64,000 bases of DNA from Octopus bimaculoides (GCF_001194135.2 NC_068986.1:38400605-38464604); one strand, 5' to 3'. Positions 12,515 to 25,178 are shown, numbered from the stretch's first letter. Numbers and translations are program-made. Notes: generated by a model not told the origin, from the sequence alone.

Positions 12515-13087
12515 TTTTGTAACATCTGTCTCTAGAGCTATTAGATTGCAAAGGTAACAGAAACTACTGCTAGGGATCCACAATCATCAAGAGAATTCAT
12601 TATATTTATTGTATGTGTGCTCTTACTACTAACTGCATCTGTGAATATGTTATATACAAAGCCTTTCTCAATAAGTTTACATGTCATCCCATTGCACTTT
12701 TTGTTCTCCCATAGTTAACATCAAGCACTCTGTATGGAATTCTTATTTCTTCTTTTTCTGTATATCAAGCATGATCACTTCCCAGGTGGCAGTAGTCTTG
12801 TCATCTTTCTTGCTAACAAAACTCATGTCATTGCCTAATGTAATTTAAAACCTCTCAATTTTAGCTTTTGCTCGTGTTTGAAATTTCTACTGATTTTTCA
12901 ATAGACTCAGCTTTCAGAACTAGGTCATTAGAATATAAAAGTTACTACAAATAGCTAGTTTTAAACTCCTCTGTTACAGTCTGGAACTCTATAATAAAAT
13001 AAACAGGCCTGAAAGCCAAGCCCTGATGGAGCCATATTTGCTAACTAATTTTGTTGTTAAACTCATTGCTGACTTTAGCCTCACTGG

Positions 13088-13213
13088 CACCACCTCTGTA
13101 TATGATATGCTAACAGCACATCTGTACGTGACTTGCTAACAGCACCTCTATACGTGACCTGTTGGTAGTACCTCTGCACATGACTTGCTGGCAGCATCTC
13201 TATATGAAACTTG
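13088..13213. repeat. Degenerate 26-bp minisatellite, about 5 units
   Basis: Unit about acgtgacttgctaacagcacctctat. Confidence 0.75.
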
Positions 13214-13559
13214 CATAGCTCTCTCAAACCATTAGCCTTCAGGTATTTTTTTTTGTTTGTTTGTTTTTTAACAATCACCAAATAACAGATCATGAAACCC
13301 AGTCAAAGTTTTTATCTAAATCAATGAATACTAGAAATAATGGCCTGCTCTTTGCTAAGAATTTCTGTTGTCGTTGTGTCATAGGAAGAGGATATTAGAA
13401 GTACCTGATCCTGACACAACCACAAACTGCATCTCATTTCAGCTTGTTCGTTTTTTTTTAATTAGTTGTACTATAATTCTTTATTATTTACATAGTGTTA
13501 TCCATCAGTTTCATTTTCTCTATCTGCTTCTTTCTAGAGCATCTCATTCACCCTTATAA

Positions 13560-14392
13560 CAACTGATAAGGACACTGCTATGGCAATCATTGGGAATTAC
13601 TCCTTTTTGGACTACAAGATTGTCTATATAGGATGTTAACATGTCTTATTTCCCTGGGTACTTCCAGCCTATTTAACAACTATCTCTGATATTAAGGCTG
13701 CTTCCCTTAATTTTATATTTTTATGGCCATTTTGACCATATAACTGGTACTATTACTGGCTGTTCTTGGGGTAGTTCCCCTCTCATCCATGGATTTTTAT
13801 TCAGTAAACTCTTGTGGAAGAATTTCCATGCCTTCTTCTTGGTGTTGATGACAGTGATCACACCACTGTCCAAGTATAACTACTTTACATCAATAATACT
13901 CTGGTTCAGATCAACATACTGTTTCTGAAATCCGGAATACCTAGTGTATCTGATTTTCATGTCACAGAACATTAACAAGCCTCTTACTTTCTACTTCTCT
14001 CTTTGCTGAATATACTACTTCTAGCTACTTAATACTGTTCCTTACTCTTCCTCATTTGTTTCCCACTTATTCTAGGTCTGTCTTTGAGCTTTTTATAGCT
14101 CTGTTTATTACACCATTCCATGACCATGTCACCATCCACAGTTCTGATGTGGCATGTTAAAGAACTTATACTTATTTTCTATGTTATAAGAAGTCACTAT
14201 CTCTCTTTCTCTTTTGTGACATAAGTGTCAACAAGAACTTCTCTGAAACTACATTGAACAGAGGATCTTTCAGCTTCTATACCTTCTTTCTCCAGATAGT
14301 CTTATGTTTCTGAGGCTGACTAGTCCATGCTATGATGTCACTAATCATGAATCTATGCTGAGAGGTGCATTCCTCACTGGAGAAAATCTTAG
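13560..14392 (-). mobile_element. RTE-clade LINE internal fragment (end of APE domain to start of RT), pseudogenised
   Basis: Minus-strand translation in shifting frames: KIFSSEECTSQHRFMISD, WRKKV*KLKDP, KGVIPNDCHSSVLIS; these are RTE ORF motifs. Confidence 0.8.
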
Positions 14393-14541
14393 TACTAACA
14401 ACTGTAATCAATAACAATATATTATATTTATTATTAGCTGTAATGTTTATTTAAGTTTTGTGCCAACAGGTTCATTTTCATGGCAGTTTGATGTAGCAAA
14501 ATGAAATGTCCCTTTTACCATCTGAATAATGTGCAAATATG

Positions 14542-14613
<72 letters not shown>

Positions 14614-14689
14614 AGGTTTAGAAGTGATGTACAGGAATTATATATTAGAAGAAATAATAATGTACTCAGATATCTGGATGGTTGTACAT

Positions 14690-14997
14690 TAACCTCAGGA
14701 CTTATTCTTTGTAAGCCTATTATTTTATCAGTGTCTTTTGTCAAACCGCTAAGTTACAGGGGCTGTAAACACACTGACATTAGTAGTCAAGCAATGGTGG
14801 GGGACAAACATAGATACAAAGACACACATATACATATACATGATGGGCTTCTTTCAGTTTCTATCCACCAAATCCACTCACAAAGCTTTGGTCAACCCAA
14901 GGCTATAGTAGAAGACACTTGCCGAAAGTGTCACACAGTGGGACTGAACCTGGAACCATGTGGTTGGAAAGTGAACTTCTTACCACAGAGCCACAAA
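14690..14997 (-). mobile_element. SINE family B
   Basis: Family B head and tail motifs on the minus strand. Confidence 0.85.
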
Positions 14998-15556
14998 TGA
15001 ATTTGAGTGGTAGTGGTGTTGGAGTAGGAATGTGTAGATGTTCTCTTTTAATATTCTTAGAAACTAGTTTCAATTCCATCTGAAGATCTGGATATATAAT
15101 TTTGTTGACATTTATTGTGCCTACATGAAGAACTGAACCAAAGCTAGTCAGCTTACTGTCTTGCTCAAATACATTTTGACTTGATGAGTAATTTTCCACA
15201 ATTATCTGAAGTGTTTTCACCACAAAACATATATGACTATGACTTAAACACACACAAAAACATACATACACACACACACATGTACATACCACTTACTAAA
15301 TATTAAAACTGTGAGAAGACAGCTGGAATAAATATATACATATATAAGCAGAAAAATAGTATTTTTTCATATTGTGTTGGTCTATATACCATTTTAATTC
15401 TTAACAAACACACACATACACAATTTTCCCACACCAAATGTAAAATATACACGCATTTACCAATTGTATACCTAAAAGATTAAATTCATAATACTGTGAT
15501 TAAAAATTTTTTTTAAATAGCGTATATATATGAGCGTATGTGTGTGTGTATGTATG

Positions 15557-15623
<67 letters not shown>

Positions 15624-15626
<3 letters not shown>

Positions 15627-15820
15627 GAATCGCTAATACACTGGGTGAAATGCTTAGCTGTATTTTGTCTGCCGTTACGTTCTGAGTTCAAATTCCGCAG
15701 AGGTCGACTTTACCTTTCATCCTTTCGGGGTCGATTAAATAAGTACCAGTTATGCACTGGGGTCAATGTAATCAACTTAATCCAATTGTCTGTCCCTGCT
15801 ATGTTTAGCCCCCTTGTGGG
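15624..15820 (+). mobile_element. SINE family A (young, CpG-rich, 5' clipped)
   Basis: gagttcaaattccgcagaggtcgactttacctttcatcctttcggggtcg. Confidence 0.85.
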
Positions 15821-15989
15821 CAATAAAGAAATATATATATATAAATATATATACATATATATACATATATATGTATATGCATATATATATATATATATGT
15901 ATGTGTGTGTATATATATGTATATGTGTTTATGTGTACATATATATATATACATATATATATATTTATGTATATGTGTGTGTATATGCA

Positions 15990-16022
<33 letters not shown>

Positions 16023-17594
16023 NNNNNNNNNNNNNNNNNNNNNNNNNNNNNNNNNNNNNNNNNNNNNNNNNNNNNNNNNNNNNNNNNNNNNNNNNNNNNN
16101 NNNNNNNNNNNNNNNNNNNNNNNNNNNNNNNNNNNNNNNNNCTCCCAATGATATTTTTCAAAACTGCTGAAAAGTAAAGTTATATTTTATTTCATGAAAA
16201 ACATATAAAAAAAAACAAAAAAATCTATATATACCATCTGTATAAAAACTCATTTAATCATTTTTCTTTTCTTTTGTTGTTCCTTTTTTTTTTTTCTGCT
16301 TCTGTTATTGCTATATTTTCTACTTTCAATGCATTGAATTCTTTACTTTTTTCTTCTTTTTCTATTTTTACTTTTTGTATTTGTGGAAAGCAATTGGTTT
16401 GGTTTGATAACAGTGCCATTGTGTTTCTTAGCAACTGCTTTGCAAGAAATCCTCATTAACAATTCAAGAAACTCCATTAATCTTCTCTTTTCTCTCCATG
16501 TTATTGCTTTTTGCATTAGCTCTTCTCTTCGCTATCTCTTCTTGTCTGTCTTTCTCTTCCTCTACACATCATTTCACCATTTCTTTCACTATCCCTCCTA
16601 GTTTAATAAAAGCACTTTCTCTGTTAACTTGATTACTAATAAAACTTTAAAAATCATATATACATATATATATATATACATACACACACACACACACACA
16701 CAAACGACAAATCCATTTAGTATAGTTGATAATTAACAGATCTAAATTTTCTTTTTTTTTGGAAAAATTGTATTTATAACCATTTAAATACTGGTAACAG
16801 CTCTGAGTTGAAAAGTCTGAATTCTTTCTATAGTTCCTGATCTTTTTATCCAACAATACAAGATGGTTAAACTAAGAATTCTTTAGATTCACTTAAAATC
16901 TTAGAAATACAAACAAATTTCTGCAAATGAAATTGTGCGTGTGTGTGTGTGCATGTAGCAGTGTGACATTCAATACTAACAAAAGATATTCTAGAATTAA
17001 TTCTTTTTTTTTTAGAAAGTGGTTAATGTGTGGGGTGGAGAATAGTAATTCAAACATTCATGCAAGATATTTAATTTTCTTCTATAAAACTTGAGTGTCT
17101 TCTCAAGTTGATAGCAGTAAACATTTCTTTTCTAATATATTTATACACACCTTGATAGTATAGCTTTTCTGTAGTGAGGTAAATGACTGTGGAATTTTTT
17201 TTTCTTTCTTTCATTTGCTGGTTGGCAAAAATAACACCCACCCACTGAATAAAGGAGAATACTTGTGTAAACAGAAATGCTTTATACATATATATATACA
17301 CACACAGACACATATATGTATATATAATTTCTAGGACAACATTGTGCAGTCGATAAGTCTTTTTTCTAAAAACAAGGTGTGATTTAAGAAAGATTTGTCT
17401 GCTATTTCTAATCAATTGAGTGTCCACATAGAGACCTGTTCTTTGCTTATTGATTCATGATAGCACTGTAATGTAGAGTGTTTTCAAATTTAGCTTGAGT
17501 TTTCTTCTATACAGAATGAGCTAACATTCTGCTAATAAAGCATATTATTCTTCATGCATAGCTTATTCAGCCTTTAAAACGATATAGCACAAGT

Positions 17595-17945
17595 ATGGCT
17601 CTGTGGTAAGAAATATGCTTCCTAACCACATGATTCTGGATTCAGTCCCACTGCATAGCACCTTGGGCAAATGTGTTCTATTATAGATTCGGGTTGACCA
17701 AAACTTGGTGATTGATTTGATAAACAGAAACTGAATGAAGCCTGCCATGCACATATTTATGTATGTGTGTGTGATTCTCTCCCACCATCGCTTCGCAACC
17801 GGTGTGTTTACATCCTGTAACTTGGTGGTTTACCAAAAGTGACTGATATAATAATTACTAGGCTTAAAAATGAATAAGGGGTCAATTTTTCAACTAAAAT
17901 TCTTCAAGGTGGCGCCTCAGCATGGCCACAGTCTAACGAAATAAA
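17595..17945 (+). mobile_element. SINE family B
   Basis: ggctctgtggtaagaaat...ggcgcctcagcatggccacagtc. Confidence 0.8.
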
Positions 17946-18004
17946 AATAACACTTTTTAGTTTTGTTAATTCATAACCAGTTAAGTAAAACATAACTAGA
18001 CTTA

Positions 18005-18270
18005 GGCACATGATCGTAAGGTCATGAGTTCGATTCCTGGTGGCATATCGTGTCCTTGAGCAAAATGCTTTATTTCATGTTGCTCCAGTCCACTCAGCTG
18101 GCAAAAATAGGTAATAGCTGAATTTCAAAGGGCCAGCCTTGTCACATTCTTTGTCATGCAGAGTCTCCCTGAAAACTACACTAAAAGTACATGTGTCTGT
18201 GAAGTACTCGGCCACTTGCACATTAATTTCATGAGCAGTTTGTTCAGATCAACTGGAACACTCAGAGTGC
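18005..18270 (+). mobile_element. SINE family C variant
   Basis: ggcacatgatcgtaaggtcatgagttcgattcc (B box) followed by the shared body ttgagcaaaatgctttatttc. Confidence 0.7.
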
Positions 18271-18893
18271 CAGTTTTAAGTAAAACATACCTAGACTTAA
18301 GCAGTTTCATAGGACATCGTTATAATTATGCAAATGTTTGCTTCTAGTTTATATAAAATTTGAATTTACATTTATCCTCTAACACCTAAATTGAGTGTCT
18401 TCTTATGCTGGACAAAAAAAAAATATTTTGTTCAGTTTATTTAACATCTTAAGCACCACATATACCACCAGTGGTTCATTGAAAACTTCACACAACTGCC
18501 ACATGCACCACTGGTGGTACATTTTCATAATTTGAGAAAATATTTTATTCTGTATCTTTAGCATGATTTCGAGGATATTTGATTAACATGAGTTCTAAAT
18601 ATTAAAGTTTAAGTATGAAATATTGTAAAAATGCAAAAAGAATTACATTTCCTTGTAATTTAACAGTATGCAGTGTGATTTGAAATACATGGTGTAACCA
18701 TTAACTCCAGTAAGCAGATGTAGTGGTTAATGAGTTAAGAGCAGTGAGTATCTTTGACATAAAAAAAATTTTCTTTGAATAATATATATTTATAATGGTA
18801 TCAACCAGAGCATCAGATGCTATTGCACACTACTGGTCACAATGCATTTCCAATTCTGTTGAGGCACATCTCACAATGCATTTCCAATTCTGT

Positions 18894-19140
18894 TGAGGCA
18901 CATGGTTCAGTAGTTAGGGTGTAGGACTCATGATCGAAAGATTGTGGTTTCGATTTGGGCAATGCGTTGTGTTCTTGAGCAAAACACTTCATTTCAAATT
19001 GTTCCAGTTCATTCAGCTGGCAAAAATGAGTAATCCAGTGATGAACCAGCATCCTGTCCAGGTGGGGAATATATATGCCATGAAACAAGGAAACCAGCCC
19101 TTATGAGTCTGCATGGCTCAAGAAAGAAACGTTATTTTAC
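18894..19140 (+). mobile_element. tRNA-derived SINE (family C head) with a 12-bp TSD
   Basis: A-box-like tggttcagtagtta and B-box-like ggtttcgatt; TSD ttccaattctgt at 18882-18893 and 19141-19152. Confidence 0.85.
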
Positions 19141-19193
19141 TTCCAATTCTGTCTAGATTGTGCTATTGTTTTCCATCTTCACCCAAACCATGG

Positions 19194-19259
<66 letters not shown>

Positions 19260-19273
19260 ATGTATATGTATAT

Positions 19274-19470
19274 GTATCATTGAACCACGGTAGTGGTTGA
19301 ATGTATTCTTAAGTCAGGCATTTCGTCAATCACAGCTGCTTCCAAGCTTCACCACTAATTCAGTTCTCAACTAAATTGTTAATAGTTTTAAAGGGGATAC
19401 CTCCTCAGCTACACTTCAGCATAAATAGTTTGAGATTTGGTTCAGTAGAAAAAAAGTTACATCAAAATAT
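19274..19470 (-). repeat. Second, inverted copy of the 12311-12514 repeat
   Basis: Reverse-complement alignment by eye; abuts (TA)n/(TATG)n. Confidence 0.85.
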
Positions 19471-21232
19471 CTGCAACCTCAGGGGTCAGTGTAAGGCAGA
19501 TATTCATCTACAATTAACATAAATTTTTAAATTTTAAATTAAAAGTATAATACTTTTCCTTAGGCTTAAATGATAGAAAAATGCAGGAGGAATTCAGAAT
19601 CGCTAGTCACATTGAACAAAAATTAATAGAGAAAGAGTTATGAGGTAAAATGTTACAAAATTTCATGTCAGTAAGTAAGGAAGAAAGGGAGTAACACTTC
19701 AGCAATAAGAATAAAGAATGTATGTTTAAAATGAATGCTTACTTTCTGAGGTGGTGAGCTGGCAGAAACGTTAGTGTGCCAGGCAAAATGCCTAGTAGTA
19801 TCTTATCTGTCTTTACATTTTGAGTTCAAATTTTGCTGAGGTTGACTTTGATGTACAGATTATTTAATTAATTTTTTAACTAAACACTTTCAAACTTCCA
19901 ATACTGGTAGAATGTGTCACATAGAACAGGGATTACTCTTAATGTTTTTGACAAAATTTTGTATTTTAGAAGTTATTTCGTCAGATGTTACAGAATGACA
20001 ATGGACAAATTCATGTTTGATAAGTGCCAATACATGAAACTCTCAGCTTTTGACTTATTCTCTAACTTCTGCTGATGATATATATCCATATTACATATAT
20101 GTGTAAAAAAAATCTCATCATACAATCAAACCAATGAAAGAGCCTCTGCCTGGTCGCTCGACATGCTAAAAATAGCAACCAAAGTATCCCCCTACCTAAA
20201 TCACATGCCCATTGTATGTAATGTCTTAGATTATCCCTAAAAAGACGGTTTGCTGAAGGCTGGAATGTCTTTGATGATAGGTTTGTAGTATCAGGNNNNN
20301 NNNNNNNNNNNNNNNNNNNNNNNNNNNNNNNNNNNNNNNNNNNNNNNNNNNNNNNNNNNNNNNNNNNNNNNNNNNNNNNNNNNNNNNNNNNNNNNNNNNN
20401 NNNNNNNNNNNNNNNNNNNNNNNNNNNNNNNNNNNNNNNNNNNNNNNNNNNNNNNNNNNNNNNNNNNNNNNNNNNNNCTCTAACTTCTGCTGATGATATA
20501 TATCCATATTACATATATGTGTAAAAAAAATCTCATCACACAATCAAACCAATGAAAGAGCCTCTGCCTGGTCGCTCGACATGCTAAAAATAGCAACCAA
20601 AGTATCCCCCTACCTAAATCACATGCCCATTGTATGTAATGTCTTAGATTATCCCTAAAAAGACGGTTTGCTGAAGGCTGGAATGTCTTTGATGATAGGT
20701 TTGTAGTATCAGGGTTGATTTGATGCTAAATAACAACAACATTATGGTAAATTTCTTTATTAACACCCGCACAATTTTCACTAAGAAAAAATAACAAAAA
20801 ATTTGATTTTTGTGTGGAATCAAATACCCTGAGCTTCTAATATGCTGAAAATCCTGGAATCATTGGAAAAATTTTTTTTTTCATTGAATGAATTCCTGTG
20901 ACTTCCTAATATTGCAAAATTAGGTTACTTAAGGTGAGCCTGCTAACTGATGGTTTTGGGGTCTTGTTGTTTGTAACTTTTGATGAGCCATAGTGCAACC
21001 AACAACATGGTAAAATTCCCTGCCATTAATTTGGTGTGGATGGATAATATCAAATAATTCAATCACAACATATATTTAAATTAAACATGAAAAAAAATTG
21101 AAATATCATCATCACTTACATGGAAAAAGTGAAATATTATCTTTCAGTAGTTTATAAGGTAAAATCTTAAATTATTAATTGACACATTATTAATTATCTT
21201 ATAACAGCAATGCCTGGGAAAATCATGGATTA

Positions 21233-21745
21233 CATGGAAAAATGTGAGCATAAAAAATCATATTCTTAAGATTATAAACCTGGAAAAGTACAGGATAAGT
21301 TATTACACCTGTAAAAATATAGGACAAGCTATTACTTCTAGTAAAGTAAAGAATAAGAAACTTTTTACTTAAAATATTGCAGCTAAAATTAAAATTTGAA
21401 TATTAAAACTTATTTTATCATAGTTTACAAATAACACTATACTTGTTTAAGTAGAATTTGGTTAATTTACTACCTTAAATACAGAAAAAAGTTACTAATT
21501 AGACAAACTTACAAATTAACTGAACAGTTTTGTACAATAAATCTAAAAGTTGAGAACTGTAAAGAGGGATAAATTAGAAGAAGTGGCATTCTTTGCTGCA
21601 ATATTTCAAGTAAAAAGTTTCTTATTTTTTACTTTACCTGAAGTAATAGCTTGTCCTATACTTTTACAGGTGTAATAACTTGCTCTGTACTTTTCCAGGT
21701 TTATAATCTTAAGAATATGACTTTTCATGCTCGCATTTTCCCATG
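21233..21745. mobile_element. MITE with ~150-bp terminal inverted repeats and TA flanks (Tc1/mariner-type target)
   Basis: ta|catggaaaaatgtgagcat...gcagc (to 21383) is inverted at gctgc (from 21595)...atgctcgcattttcccatg|ta. Confidence 0.8.
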
Positions 21746-21764
21746 TAATATATATATATGTCAT

Positions 21765-22736
21765 CATCATCATCATTATCATCACCGTTTAACGCCCGCT
21801 TTCCATGCTGGCATGGGTTGGACGGTTTGACTGAGGACTGGCGAGCCAGATGTCTGCACCAGGCTCCAATCTGATCTGGCAGAGTTTCTACAGCTGGATG
21901 TCTTTCCTAAAACCAACCACTCCAAGAGTGTAGTGGGTGCTTTTACGTGCCACCAGCACGAGGGCCAGTCAGGCGATACTGGCAACGGCCACACTCAAAT
22001 GATGTTTTTTACGTGACACCTGCACAGGAGCCAGTCCAGCGGCACTGGCAACGACCTCACTCAAATGTTGTCTTTCGCATGCTCCCGGCACAGGTGTCAG
22101 TGAGGCAACACTGATAACGATCATGCTCGAATGGTGCTTTTTATGTGCCACCGACACAGGAGCCAGTCAGTGGCCCTGGCAACGATTATGCTTGGATGGT
22201 GCTCTTAGCGCTCCACTAGCACGGATGCCAGTCAAGCAGTGCTATCTTCAAATTTGATTTCGATTTCACTTGCCTCAGCGGGTCTTCACAAGCACAGTTT
22301 AGTGTCCAATGAAGGAAAGGTATGCATATGTGGGCTGGTTACACCAATGTCATAGGCTATGGGTTATGGTCTCACTTGGCTTGCCGGTTCTTCTCAGGCA
22401 CAGCATATTTACAAAGGTCTCGGTCACTAGTCATTGCTTCGTTGAAGCCTAATGTTCAAAGGTCGTGCTTCATCACCTCATCCCAGGTCTTCCTGGGTCT
22501 ACCTCTTCCACAGGTTCCCTCAACCACTAGGGTGTGACACTTCCTCATCAGTTCTCACCACATAACCATACCAGCACAGTCGTCTCTTTTGCACACCACA
22601 TCTGATGCTTCTTAGGTCCAATTTTTCTCTCAAGGCACTTACACTCTGTCAAGTATACACACTGACATTACACATCCAGTGGAGCATACTGGCTTCATTC
22701 CTTGCAAGCTTACACATGTCCTCGGCAGTCACGGCA
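21765..22736 (-). mobile_element. RTE LINE, 5'-truncated: ORF C-terminus, 3' UTR and (GAT)n tail
   Basis: Translation AVTAEDMCKLARNEASMLHWMCNVS...LREKLDLRSIRCGVQKRRLCWYGYV...RGRPRKTWDEVMKHDL; tail ...gcgggcgttaaacggtgatgat. Confidence 0.9.
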
Positions 22737-22841
22737 TTTCGTCTTGGCCTAACGGCCCAATGTTTGTCTTCATCTCGATTGTTTACTCTGTCCGTCCACT
22801 CTGTCATTGTTTGTTCATTCAAGGCTCTAAGTCTGTTTGAG

Positions 22842-22890
22842 CAGTCACTACTGATGATGCCTATGGAATAGGTGAACTAGGTTTAGTCTG
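22842..22890 (+). ncRNA. Degenerate type I hammerhead ribozyme relic
   Basis: Stem I acta/tagt, CTGATGA, helix II gcctat-gga-ataggt, GAA (one A short), short stem III A-C-tag-G-T, GUU triplet. Confidence 0.5.
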
Positions 22891-22934
22891 GTGCTTCTAG
22901 AGATGGTCATGGGGTGGTTAACTCACCTGCTAGT

Positions 22935-23105
22935 GTATATATCATCATCATCATCATCGTTTAACGTCCGCTTTCCATGCTAGCATGGGTTGGACGATTT
23001 GACTGAGGACTGGTGAACCAGATGGCTACACCAGGCTCCAATCTGATTTGGCAGAGTTTCTACAGCTGGATGCCCTTCCTAACGCCAACCACTCAGAGAG
23101 TGTAG
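22935..23105 (-). mobile_element. RTE 3' tail (young)
   Basis: catcatcgtttaacgtccgctttccatgctagcatggg... Confidence 0.85.
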
Positions 23106-23129
23106 ATATATATATATATATATATATAT

Positions 23130-23191
23130 AAGAGCACATCATCATCATCATGGGCGGTAAACGACGATGATGATGATGATGATGTGCTCTT
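23130..23191. repeat. 22-bp perfect inverted repeat enclosing the terminal nucleotides of an RTE tail
   Basis: aagagcacatcatcatcatcat / atgatgatgatgatgtgctctt around gggcggtaaacgacg. Confidence 0.85.
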
Positions 23192-24883
23192 CTTAAAACA
23201 TTAAAAGTTTTTAGCTCCTTTTTCATAGTGACAAATTTTTCCTTTATGTTATTCTATTGCACCTAGCTGTTGATATTAATGTTTAGTACACACATATATG
23301 TATATGTATACACATATGCATTATGACAGTCTTCCTTCATTTTCTGTGTAGGAAATCCACTCATGAAAGTTTGCCACACAATAGAACTGAATCCATTTTT
23401 CTTTCTCTTTTTTTTGTGTCCTTTTTCTTGATAAGCTCTTTTTAATGTGTCAGTGAATTTTGGAAGTTGTATTAACTTTACCTAATTCCAAATACAATTC
23501 AAGAATAACAAATGTAACAAGTAATGATCTTAAAATAATTATCTATAGCAGACATTCATATAAAGTACAAGATCTCTGTTTTTGCAGGGTCTCTTGTGCT
23601 TTCAAATTAGAAAAGGGAAAAAAGAAACAAAAAAAAGTGAAAAGAAACTAAATTGGGAATATTTCAAAAGAATTCCAAAATGGGGCTTGGCTGACAAACC
23701 TTTCATAATGAAACAAACCAAATCTTGCTCAAGATTTGGTTAATCACCACTCAGGTCTTTAGAAAATATTTTCATGGAAATTTATTTTATCAAATTTGGA
23801 TAAGTAAGAGTGAAGTATTCATATCTAAAATAAAACCGTCCATTTATATTTAACATAATTTCTTTTCTTTTTGATGTATGAGTAATTTAGTTTTTGTCTA
23901 CATTGGTGATTGGGTTATTATCCAAAGGTTTTAAGTCTGGCACATATTGTGTTGTTGTTTTTCAACTAGATACATAACATTGTCTGCCTCAGTTTGTCTA
24001 GCTGAAAGACCAGCATGATCCTATTTTATGTTTGAATTAGTCTATGGTGAGAGAAGTTATCTATCCAGCTGTAAAAAATCCAGTTGGATGAAAGGCAAAG
24101 TTGACTTCAGTGACATCTGAACTCTAAGTATAAATATCTATGACTAAATACTGCAAGTATTTCATCAGGCACTTATGATTTGATAGAAGCAATAGATATG
24201 GAGCTGTAGAGCTGAAGTACATAATTTACAGGATCTGCTTTGGTGACTCATATTTTGTAGTTCAAATTATACAAAGATTAACTCTGCTTTTTATTATTCT
24301 CAGCAGATCAATAAAATAAGTTGTTGTGCTGTAATGGAATCAATAGATCAATAACCTTCACCTATTATAAAAAGTGTTGTGGGTCTTGGGCTTTACCTTC
24401 TTACCTGAAAAATATTAATAGTGAAGATAAAAACTTAACACGATCTTTTCTCAGACAACTTAAGTGTACAAATTATAATCTGTTTACACTCAAGATCAGA
24501 GCTAATTTGCAGAGTAAACAGTTTTAATGTAGATAACTAGGCTTCAGTAATGTTAATCTGTATTGATATAAAAGATTAATATATTTCAGGTAAAACAAGT
24601 GTTTGCAAATACACCTACACACGTACAGAACCAATAACTATTTAATATCTGATTGAGTCAAGAATTAATAAAACCTACTTTACAATGATCGTATAGTAAA
24701 ATCACAATGCAGAAATTGCTGGTGTACACCCAGATCTGAAACCCAGTTTTTAAATTAAGATAAAGAGAGTGACTGAGTAGGGAAAGTGATAAAGTGTTGT
24801 TTCCATATTATATTGAGTTTCATTTTCTTTGTATTTGTGTATAACAAGAGGTAAAACTGAACATATGACTAAATTCATATGAG

Positions 24884-24918
24884 CAGTGTTTCTCAACCTT
24901 TTTACTCTTAAAATAAAT

Positions 24919-24979
<61 letters not shown>

Positions 24980-25178
24980 TTATTATTTTTTTTATGACAT
25001 AATAGGTTAGATAGGATGATGTCTATATTACAATATTACAATAACCAATATGTTGTGCATGCATAGTAATATTACGATCATGAAATTAGCATTAGCTTAT
25101 CTCACTCTTTCTTGCAGAACTGGTAGGAACCTTTTGTGGAACCTTAGGGTTCCAGGGAACCCCGGTTGAGAAACGCTA
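24884..25178. mobile_element. hAT-like MITE containing (TA)n
   Basis: TIR cagtgtttctcaac / gttgagaaacgcta; perfect 8-bp TSD catatgag (24876-24883 and 25179-25186). Confidence 0.85.

Noticed and set aside
18463-18519. 13-bp perfect inverted repeat (taccaccagtggt) with a 31-nt spacer
   Set aside because: Real but too short to classify; no TSD or second copy seen
1041-19140. tRNA-like A/B box sequences
   Set aside because: They are SINE heads; no complete cloverleaf tRNA gene was found
20060-20713. 235-bp near-identical direct repeat
   Set aside because: It flanks an N gap exactly, which is typical of unmerged contig overlap; the same applies to 8541-8656 and 11705-11810
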